Shown: positions 30,644-38,395 of the stretch, in pieces
Layout of the letters: each line of letters begins with the position of its first letter
Position numbering within the stretch: position 1 is the first letter of the stretch
Source: Thermoplasmatota archaeon
Lineage (GTDB): Archaea > Thermoplasmatota > Thermoplasmata > Lutacidiplasmatales > JAMCUS01
Direction of reading: 5' to 3'
Length of the DNA: 64,000 nucleotides
NCBI GenBank assembly: GCA_023379385.1
Contig: JAMCUS010000032.1
Coordinates: forward strand, 14,243-78,242
Notes under the pieces: model-generated
Told to the model about the DNA's origin: nothing
What the model saw: only the letters and a program-made list of their open reading frames with translations
Databases searched by the model: none
Made by a program: the position numbers and the translations under genes

Positions 30644-33600
30644 TTATTTATTCAATTTTTCAAAGAAGCTCTTTATATTCTCTTTCATTCTGTCATTTAA
30701 CTCCTGCCCACGTTCCATGCATTCCTCCAGATCTCCTTTTATTTGTTCATATAACTCCTTCAACTTCCTGTCACCCTCCATTCTCTCTTTCAGGATCTCC
30801 CTTATATCCTCGTCCTCAAGTACCTCACTGATCTCTTTTACTACGTTCTTCTCTTCATACTCCTCTATCAGCTTCCTCGTCTCGTTTATCACTATGCCCT
30901 GTTTCCTGTCCGCTCTCCTGTATGCCCTCAGCTGTTCTACATCCTTGCCTAAATTATAGAGATCATTCAGTCTCTCTGCTATCTCTATCAGCCCTATTCT
31001 CTTTTCCTGCTCTCCCTTTACACAATCCATTATTAGCTCTTTTATCTCCGGATTATCTTTCAGCTCTTCACTGCTCTCCAGATCTTTTCCTATGTCTTCC
31101 TTCTCGGGCTCTATTCCTGTATATGCCCAGTACATTATTCTACCCAGTATACATGTCATTGTCTTCTCGTTCGGAAATTTGCCACCTTTCAATAGCTCCG
31201 GTGCTGCCCACTGCGGCGTGTATACCAGTTCATCACTTCTCGATATTGATCCCATTCTGAAGCAACCTCCCCAGTCTATCAGCTTTACCTTATTGCCTCC
31301 CACTATTATTATATGCTCCGGCTTCAGATCTGTATTCACTACTTTATGCATTTTCCACGCATACAGTAATGGATCTATGCAGTCGTAGAACACTCCCGCA
31401 AGTACCTCTTCCCTCGGTTTCTTTTTTACATATTCCCTGAGGTTATCTCCTTCTATCCACTCCATCTCTATATGCGTATTGTCGTAGTCATATACCTGCG
31501 CTATTCCTGAATGTTTCAGCTTCTTGTGCATCTCCGCCTCTTTCAGGAATCGCCTGCCCACGTCTCCTGCTGTAATAGGGTATTTCACTACCACTACCTG
31601 TTCCTCTATACTACCATCCTTTCTTCTTCTCTTCGCTTTCCACACCACACTCTGCCTGCTCTCGTGTACTGGTTTATCTCCTACAAATTGATAACTCTCA
31701 CCCAGTATATCGTGAAAGTACTGCCCTGGCGTTTTTTCATATTGTACAGGAACATCCATTTGCAGGGCTCCTGTCTCCACCTTCTCTGTTTGGCTTTTAT
31801 CTTCCTCTATGTACAGACTTTCCTTATCCCTGTACTCTTTTTCAAAACTTCTTCCCAGTGCATCCCTGTATGTCGCTTTAGCCTCCATTCTTATCTCGTT
31901 ACCTATCGTACCTAAAAACCGGATCTCTGTCTCTCTCACCTCTCCTGCCTTCAGATCTCCTACCTCTATTACTCTATTGTCCATTTTCGCTTCCCCTTCC
32001 GGTACTTTCAGTTCCACTCTGAGCTCTTTGATCTCCGATTTCCCATTGTTCGTTATCTGCATTTTCAGTTTTACTCTTCTGTTTCTTACGTACATGTTTC
32101 CTATTGAGATCGCTATGTCAGGTATAGTTTCATTAATTGATTTATCCAGTTTAGCTCCTGTCGCTCTCAGCTCCTCTAAATTACCCTCTTTTACAGATTT
32201 CTTTACACTCTTCTCATATTCCTCAATCATCTCTCCCAGTTTCTTCAGTTTCACCAACTTATCACTAACTGGATAATATTCTAGTATCACCGCTGCTCTC
32301 TGCCGGCATATCTCTATTCTTTTCTTGAGTTCGCTCCGGTCTACAACATTCTCCTCTACACCCTCTGTTAACTTCTTGATATTGTTGTATACAGCTCCGG
32401 TATCCCTGTACAGATCCTCTGCCTCCCTGTACTTTTCCAATTCCACCAGTCGCTCTCCTTCCTCAAGTTTCATATTAGCAGATTCATATTCCTCTTTCAG
32501 ATCTCTCTTTATACTCTCCAGCACCTCTATTGCAATTTCACCCACGGTTTTCTCTTCGTATCCCTTTGCTGTGGATTCCAATACCATAATCTTTCTGCTG
32601 TCATTTCTCAATTTAGCAATCTTTGATATTGCCACTGCATCAAGCACTCCTCTGGATCCACCACTAGCAAGATATCCCAGAGATCTGATTGCATTGCCTC
32701 TAACAGTTGCATCTTCATCAGATAAACACTGGATCAGTGCTGCAACACCTTTATCCTCTACAATATACGCACTCCATCCATCTTTGGCAATATTGCCAAG
32801 TACCCATGCCGCGTTCTGGCGTACATATACATCTTTATCTGATAGATTACGGATCATGGGAGCAATTCCATTCTCCTCTACTATATCCTTGCTCCATCCA
32901 TCATTGGCAATGTTGCCAAGTGCCCATGTTGCAACACCTCTTACATATCCATCGTTATCAGAAAGGCTCTGAATCAGTGAGGGAATGCCTCTTTCCTTAA
33001 CGATCTCCTTGCTCCATCCACCCTTAGCAATGTTGCCAAGTGCCCAGATCGCTTTGCCACGTATCTCAGCATCGCTATCTGATATGCTGTATATGAGTGG
33101 TGCAATTCCCTTCTCCTCTACAACCTCTTTATTCCATCCATCCTTCGTTATGAATCCCAGTGTATCCGTCATTTTACGCCTGACTTCTGCATCACTGTCA
33201 TATAGAACATGTACCAGTGGTGCGATTCCCTTCTCCTCTACTATATGTTTGCTCATTCCACTTTTGGCAATGTTACCAAGTGCCCATGCCGCGTTCTGGC
33301 GTACATATACAGAATTATCAGAAAGGCTGCGTAGCAATGGAGATATACCTTTCTCCTCTACTATATCCTTGCTCCATCCATCCTTGACAATGTTGCCAAG
33401 TGCCCATGTTGCAACACCTCTCACATATCCGTCGTTATCAGAAAGGCTATACACTAGCGGGGCAATGCCCTTCTCCTTAACGATCTCCTTGCTCCATCCA
33501 CCCTTAGCAATGTTGCCAAGTGTCCAGATCGCTTTGCCACGTATCTCAGCATCACTATTGGACAGGCAGTGTACCAGTGGTGCAATTCCCTTCTCCTCTA

Positions 33601-33724
33601 CTATATCCTTTGCTCCTCCGTCTTTGGCAATAAAGCCCAGGGCATTTACAGAAGTTTTCTGTATTGTAATATCCTCGCTTCTCAGATTATTTATCCAATT
33701 CGAAATCTCCCATCTGTTTACCAT
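30644..33724 (-). CDS. Armadillo-repeat protein with beta-sandwich middle domain and Hanks-type Ser/Thr protein kinase domain
   Basis: N-terminus: 8 x 40-aa repeats with the ARM consensus (IAPLVxxLSDxDxxVRxxAAWALGNIAKxGWSKxIVEEKG). Kinase motifs: VVVVK (VAIK), catalytic loop VNTDLKPEH, DWG (DFG) and TPQWAAPE. C-terminal coiled coil. Confidence 0.8.
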   Translation of the reverse strand: MVNRWEISNWINNLRSEDITIQKTSVNALGFIAKDGGAKDIVEEKGIAPLVHCLSNSDAEIRGKAIWTLGNIAKGGWSKEIVKEKGIAPLVYSLSDNDGYVRGVATWALGNIVKDGWSKDIVEEKGISPLLRSLSDNSVYVRQNAAWALGNIAKSGMSKHIVEEKGIAPLVHVLYDSDAEVRRKMTDTLGFITKDGWNKEVVEEKGIAPLIYSISDSDAEIRGKAIWALGNIAKGGWSKEIVKERGIPSLIQSLSDNDGYVRGVATWALGNIANDGWSKDIVEENGIAPMIRNLSDKDVYVRQNAAWVLGNIAKDGWSAYIVEDKGVAALIQCLSDEDATVRGNAIRSLGYLASGGSRGVLDAVAISKIAKLRNDSRKIMVLESTAKGYEEKTVGEIAIEVLESIKRDLKEEYESANMKLEEGERLVELEKYREAEDLYRDTGAVYNNIKKLTEGVEENVVDRSELKKRIEICRQRAAVILEYYPVSDKLVKLKKLGEMIEEYEKSVKKSVKEGNLEELRATGAKLDKSINETIPDIAISIGNMYVRNRRVKLKMQITNNGKSEIKELRVELKVPEGEAKMDNRVIEVGDLKAGEVRETEIRFLGTIGNEIRMEAKATYRDALGRSFEKEYRDKESLYIEEDKSQTEKVETGALQMDVPVQYEKTPGQYFHDILGESYQFVGDKPVHESRQSVVWKAKRRRKDGSIEEQVVVVKYPITAGDVGRRFLKEAEMHKKLKHSGIAQVYDYDNTHIEMEWIEGDNLREYVKKKPREEVLAGVFYDCIDPLLYAWKMHKVVNTDLKPEHIIIVGGNKVKLIDWGGCFRMGSISRSDELVYTPQWAAPELLKGGKFPNEKTMTCILGRIMYWAYTGIEPEKEDIGKDLESSEELKDNPEIKELIMDCVKGEQEKRIGLIEIAERLNDLYNLGKDVEQLRAYRRADRKQGIVINETRKLIEEYEEKNVVKEISEVLEDEDIREILKERMEGDRKLKELYEQIKGDLEECMERGQELNDRMKENIKSFFEKLNK

Positions 33725-33820
33725 ATATCATCACCACTTTCGTCGTTTACGCCATATTCACTTTTATTGAAATCCATAACTATCACACTGCATCTCTCAT
33801 TCTATCAGTAAATTAATCTG

Positions 33821-34732
33821 TCAATTCTCTACAGCCCTCAGATATTCAATTAATGCTCTGTATTCATTGTATGAATACTCAATATCATTGCCGACCATAC
33901 CCTTTCGCTCTTTCAAGGCTGGCACTACGTTTCCTTCCTTATCAAATTCTGTAAGAATGCTGCTATAAAAATATGTGACAGGTGTGTAATTAACGGTACC
34001 ATACCACCTTTTTAGCTCTGCTAACGTTTCTGGAAAAAATTTAGTCATGAGGTCTTCGCAATATTTTTTTCTCTTTTCCACCTCTGTTAGCAGTGGAAAT
34101 TGTTCCGAGATGGAATTCGACCTGAATAATTCCCTGTTAATATTATCAAACTTGGTGAAGATCATAATTAAAAAAATCTGTTTTGCATTGCCCGTAAACC
34201 ATGCAGAATTCCCTATTGCGTTTACAAATTTTGCAGTAGCCCTATCGTTGCCGTATCCACCGGTTACTTCACCTGCCGATAATTTACTGCTATCTATCAA
34301 TATGATCACTCCCCTGGACGAAAGCAATTTTCTGATTGTTCCAGCATCTGCACTTGATTGTGTCATCCCCCTTATTGATTCTACCAGTTCAGTCAGCCCA
34401 TGGAAGTATACGTTTAAATTGATGTTCGTATATGTATTATCCTTTTTAAAAAATTTTGAAAGGCGAATACCACTGCTACTCATGTATCTGAATGTAACGG
34501 AGAATTCCGTAAATGTTGATGATGATTTCTCTGGCCATTCCCCGGACCTGAGCCTGCTGTATATGCTGGTAATCTCGTTCATTATGAGAGGAGATGCATA
34601 AAATTTGAACAGGTTTTTATTCCTATTTTCATTGGAGTACCGTATCTGGGAGGAATACAAAAGTCCAATGAATGTTTCTTTCCCAGATCCATCATCACCT
34701 ACTACTGCCACATCCATAACATCCAACATCAT
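33821..34732 (-). CDS. P-loop GTPase, Ras-like/TRAFAC class, atypical (paralogue 2)
   Basis: G1 VVGDDGSGKETF, Walker-B-like IILIDSS, and G4-like FTKFD (TKxD instead of NKxD). Confidence 0.65.
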   Translation of the reverse strand: MMLDVMDVAVVGDDGSGKETFIGLLYSSQIRYSNENRNKNLFKFYASPLIMNEITSIYSRLRSGEWPEKSSSTFTEFSVTFRYMSSSGIRLSKFFKKDNTYTNINLNVYFHGLTELVESIRGMTQSSADAGTIRKLLSSRGVIILIDSSKLSAGEVTGGYGNDRATAKFVNAIGNSAWFTGNAKQIFLIMIFTKFDNINRELFRSNSISEQFPLLTEVEKRKKYCEDLMTKFFPETLAELKRWYGTVNYTPVTYFYSSILTEFDKEGNVVPALKERKGMVGNDIEYSYNEYRALIEYLRAVEN

Positions 34733-35715
34733 TTATTTGGCTTTATTTCTTCGTCTTCTTTGATTTCATCAGGCATTTCATCAGCGATTTTCTTGAAATG
34801 GGTGATAAATCCCTCAAATTCTGAGTATGAGTAATCAAGTTCATGTCCCACGCCTCCTGGAACTACGCTCAGTGCCGGAGATGGAAATCCATCGTCTCCG
34901 AATACAGTATTCACATGGGTAAAAAAGTAGGCTGTATTATCAAAGCTCACGTTCATCAGGCTACCCCCCTTCAATAGAGCAAGAGTTTGTGGGAAGAAGT
35001 TGGTCATGATCTTCTCTGCAAATTCAGTTCTTCTTTTACCATCGCGGAGTGGTGGCGGGTATGGCTCCTTCAGATTCATTTTAATTAGCACATTTCTATC
35101 CACCTTGTCAAATTTAGTAAAAACAATAACGGGATAAATCTTCCTTTCTGCAGGGTCATCCTTCTTGGAATTGTACTGCGCCACTAGAGAGACAAGAGTG
35201 GCCATTGTTCCATCATAGTTAAGCATATCATGGTGCTCCTTGCTTCTCGCCTGAGTTGTGATCCTGCTGGCATCAATGAGGAATACAAGCGTTCTCGACT
35301 CCAGCACCTTTTTTGCAGCGTCTGTAAAATTCTCGGTCTGTCTTCCATCAGGTGTTCTAATCATGTCTGTAATATCCTCTCCAGCTACATCATATATTCC
35401 AAATCCTATAATAGCAAAAGGATTCATCCAATTCTTTTTCTGTACCCATCTGGGTATCAATGTGGCCATTGTTTTCTTGTAACCAAATAGAAATGATAAT
35501 GTTGTCGTCTGCCCTTTTAAGGTCGCATCAGGCCATCTACCCTCCACTAGTTCGGTATAGGTTCTACTTATAATGTTCAACGCAGATGGTGCTGCATAAA
35601 ACCTAAAAATGTCTCTGTTTGATGGCTCGTCAGTATACTTAACCTGTGCTGCATATAACAACCCTATAAATGTTGTTTTTCCAGCTGCTCTATCTCCCAA
35701 AACTGCTGTGGGCAT
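34729..35715 (-). CDS. P-loop GTPase, Ras-like/TRAFAC class, atypical (paralogue 1)
   Basis: G1 VLGDRAAGKTTF, G3 YDVAGED, G4 FTKFDKVD; 4-nt overlap with the downstream paralogue. Confidence 0.65.
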   Translation of the reverse strand: MPTAVLGDRAAGKTTFIGLLYAAQVKYTDEPSNRDIFRFYAAPSALNIISRTYTELVEGRWPDATLKGQTTTLSFLFGYKKTMATLIPRWVQKKNWMNPFAIIGFGIYDVAGEDITDMIRTPDGRQTENFTDAAKKVLESRTLVFLIDASRITTQARSKEHHDMLNYDGTMATLVSLVAQYNSKKDDPAERKIYPVIVFTKFDKVDRNVLIKMNLKEPYPPPLRDGKRRTEFAEKIMTNFFPQTLALLKGGSLMNVSFDNTAYFFTHVNTVFGDDGFPSPALSVVPGGVGHELDYSYSEFEGFITHFKKIADEMPDEIKEDEEIKPNK

Positions 35716-35814
35716 ATTTCATAACCTCCTATTACTTAGTAATAGCATTGTTTAATACATAAGGTTGTATAAAATAGTTTGCAAAACCACTTTTTGTTTG
35801 TTATAATGTAAATC

Positions 35815-36600
35815 TCATTTTGATCCAAAAATATCATCTATAGTTTTATCAATGGTTTCTTTGCTGGAAGTCGGTGTATCCTCTTTTTTAACAGGTACCA
35901 TCACCCATTCTCCTGGCTTTATATCTGGTTTTATACGTGAAATGATCAAATTAAAGATTCTGGTAGCATCTGTATATGGAACATCTGAAAAAACAGATAT
36001 TGATGTCAATCTGAGTTTAATATCCAATAACATGGATAATAAATACGCCATCTTCAATCGTTCGTCCTCACTGCTATTAGGCACATGCAAAAAGATCTTC
36101 ACTGCACTGTTTTCCCTGTAGTAGGCTATAAGCTTCTCTACTACACCTCTGTTCAGATATTTTTGGAGCTCCTTGATATATTCATCAATATTATTTTTCT
36201 CTCTATGAATAGAAAAAAGTGGAAGATTTCCCACTGCCTCTTTGTGTTCTGCTTCAAATTTTTCCATATCTCTATCCAGTTCTTCGTAAGTAATAGCACC
36301 CTCCAATAGAAATTGTTTGGGAACAATTACTGTATGATTCTCAACAGCACCTCTCTTATATTCATCCAGCCCCTTTACAATTCTAGAAAAAAGTATTGCA
36401 TTAGAGTTGGAAAGAATTAAATGAGGTATATGCATATATTTTAAATCACTCTGGCTTATAGGAAGAAAAAAACCCTGATAAGGTCTCACATAACCCTCTG
36501 CAATTCCATTCTTGGAATATGCTTTCATTTTGTAACCCTTATAATTTCCATAAATGAATTGCTCACATTCAATCACTTCATCGTTTTTTTCATCTACCAT
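35815..36600 (-). CDS. Hypothetical protein (261 aa), first gene of the island operon
   Basis: No motif recognised; its start abuts the right end of the IS607 element. Confidence 0.5.
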   Translation of the reverse strand: MVDEKNDEVIECEQFIYGNYKGYKMKAYSKNGIAEGYVRPYQGFFLPISQSDLKYMHIPHLILSNSNAILFSRIVKGLDEYKRGAVENHTVIVPKQFLLEGAITYEELDRDMEKFEAEHKEAVGNLPLFSIHREKNNIDEYIKELQKYLNRGVVEKLIAYYRENSAVKIFLHVPNSSEDERLKMAYLLSMLLDIKLRLTSISVFSDVPYTDATRIFNLIISRIKPDIKPGEWVMVPVKKEDTPTSSKETIDKTIDDIFGSK

Positions 36601-36674
36601 TAATAATCACCGCCAAAGAAATTTTGTAATGCCATATCAATCTGCCTAACCACATTCCGTAATAGTTGCAATTT

Positions 36675-37784
36675 TTATGGACATTCATTTACTGAACCTC
36701 CATTTAACTTGCTTGATAGCGAACGGAGACTGTATCCTCCCGCCAATCCTAAGAATTCTAAATTCTTTGCACCTACATGGTCTACATTATCTACATGGCT
36801 ACGTCGCAAACATAAAAATTTAATCCCCTTACGATTTCTCCTGTCTATGTCGCCACATTCAGGGCATCTCTGCGATGTTTTCCAGGGATCTTTGCGATAT
36901 ACGGATATCCCAAGCTCTTCACACATCTGCTCTAACCGAATGCCAACCCTGGCATAATGCCAGAAAGACAGAAGTCTATTTACCCCACGTGAAAACCTTC
37001 CACGTTTATTCATCGTGACATTTTTTAAATCTTCTATTACCATTGCCTTTACTCCCTCTAAATTCAGCTTTTTTATGTACCTGTTCTCCTCTGTTGTTAT
37101 ATACTGGTGATATGATTTCCTGTGCTTATCTACCGATAACATCTCTGCTTTCATTTCGCTTCCTAGGTTCTGTCCATCTGATGTAAACAGCATTGAATTT
37201 ACTCCTCTATCTATTCCTATTATTTTCCCTTTTGCACGTTTTTCAGGTCTTTCTTTTTCCAATATTAAATCAATAAATAGGCCATTCTCTTTATTCCAAC
37301 CTAATCTTATTGACTTCCCTATCTCCCAACCGTCCTTAAGCAATTCATTTATTTGCTTATTCAGATTGAATAATATTACCACACCGGGAACGCCTGAACC
37401 GAATTTCACACACTTATCAAAAGAACCATCAAAACCATCTATTTTTGTGAATCTGCCATCTAAATTGGCTATTGTTTTATGGATTATGGGCATTCTTTTA
37501 TCTTTTTTTTCTAACTGTGATGATATGATTTCTTTGGACTGCTTCCCTATGCATTGTGATAACCTGGCTGTAATATTAAATTTAAGGGATATCCCATCTG
37601 TTACCTCCTCAGATAATAATCCACTGGAGAAATCCTGTGCAGACCACAACCTCTCTATTGTATAATTCACTGCCCTGTTATAAGTAACTAAAAACTCCTC
37701 AAGCTTATTGACCTTGTTTATATTTACCTCTTTCAGATATATGCGGGATGTCCTCTTCATTTTATTATTATCAGTCAGATTCAT
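36675..37784 (-). CDS. tnpB: TnpB (IS605/IS607 OrfB, RuvC-like RNA-guided nuclease family)
   Basis: RuvC-I IGIDRGVNSM, RuvC-II MVIEDLKNV, zinc finger CPECG...C, 369 aa. Confidence 0.85.
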   Translation of the reverse strand: MNLTDNNKMKRTSRIYLKEVNINKVNKLEEFLVTYNRAVNYTIERLWSAQDFSSGLLSEEVTDGISLKFNITARLSQCIGKQSKEIISSQLEKKDKRMPIIHKTIANLDGRFTKIDGFDGSFDKCVKFGSGVPGVVILFNLNKQINELLKDGWEIGKSIRLGWNKENGLFIDLILEKERPEKRAKGKIIGIDRGVNSMLFTSDGQNLGSEMKAEMLSVDKHRKSYHQYITTEENRYIKKLNLEGVKAMVIEDLKNVTMNKRGRFSRGVNRLLSFWHYARVGIRLEQMCEELGISVYRKDPWKTSQRCPECGDIDRRNRKGIKFLCLRRSHVDNVDHVGAKNLEFLGLAGGYSLRSLSSKLNGGSVNECP

Positions 37785-38343
37785 TTTTTATTACCTCTAC
37801 TATCTTATCTCTTTTCCTCTTGCCCTTCCTCAGCCCGTAATATCTTGCACACATTGATGTTACTATTGATATCATATCCTGCATCAGGTCGTTCTTATCA
37901 TTATCCGTTTCATTCACTACCTCTATATGCTTCCCCAGCTCATTGAATAATATGTTTATGTAGTTGAATCCAAATCTGGTAAGCCTATCTTTATGCTCAA
38001 CTATGAGTATATTATAATTCTTATCTATAAATAATTTATTCAATTGCTTACGATTATCATCAACTCCACTGCCTGTTTCTTTGACTATCTTATATATGGA
38101 ATAACCTTTAGCTATTGCATAATTTTCTAAACGTTGAGCCTGTGCATCCAGATTATTTTTATTCTCCGAACTGGAAACTCTTGCATAAATGCATACTTTA
38201 TCTGGGAATTTATTTTCAATTTCCTCATTCACAATGACTGTACCGGTTGGTAATTGAAATGCATCTATTTTACCATCTTTCCATAATCTCCATGCTGTTT
38301 TATAAGAAATACCCAATTTCTTAGCCCATGTTGATAATTTCAT
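37771..38343 (-). CDS. tnpA: IS607-type TnpA (MerR-like HTH + serine recombinase/resolvase)
   Basis: N-terminal HTH LGISYKTAWRLWKDGKI and the resolvase motif IYARVSSSENK with the nucleophilic Ser; 190 aa. Confidence 0.85.
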   Translation of the reverse strand: MKLSTWAKKLGISYKTAWRLWKDGKIDAFQLPTGTVIVNEEIENKFPDKVCIYARVSSSENKNNLDAQAQRLENYAIAKGYSIYKIVKETGSGVDDNRKQLNKLFIDKNYNILIVEHKDRLTRFGFNYINILFNELGKHIEVVNETDNDKNDLMQDMISIVTSMCARYYGLRKGKRKRDKIVEVIKNESD

Positions 38344-38395
38344 GTCACTATCTGTCCATACATGTCTATCAAATATTTAAAGTTTATCAATACCT

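Larger units (their letters stand above)
36601..38395 (-). mobile_element. IS607-family insertion sequence (tnpA serine recombinase + tnpB), apparently intact
   Basis: Two overlapping minus-strand genes, tnpA 37771-38343 and tnpB 36675-37784; IS607 has no terminal inverted repeats, so the ends are approximate. Confidence 0.7.

Noticed and set aside
32690-33640. Regular 120-bp direct repeats that could be mistaken for a CRISPR-like or satellite array
   Set aside because: The period is 120 bp with no spacer/repeat alternation. They are in-frame coding repeats (40-aa ARM units) within a long ORF.
30717-33811. Many plus-strand ORFs (80-261 aa) rich in Ser/Leu/Pro covering the kinase gene region
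   Set aside because: They are antisense shadow ORFs of the 1026-aa minus-strand gene. They are low-complexity, repeat-driven and have no motifs. The minus-strand frame carries clear ARM and kinase signatures.
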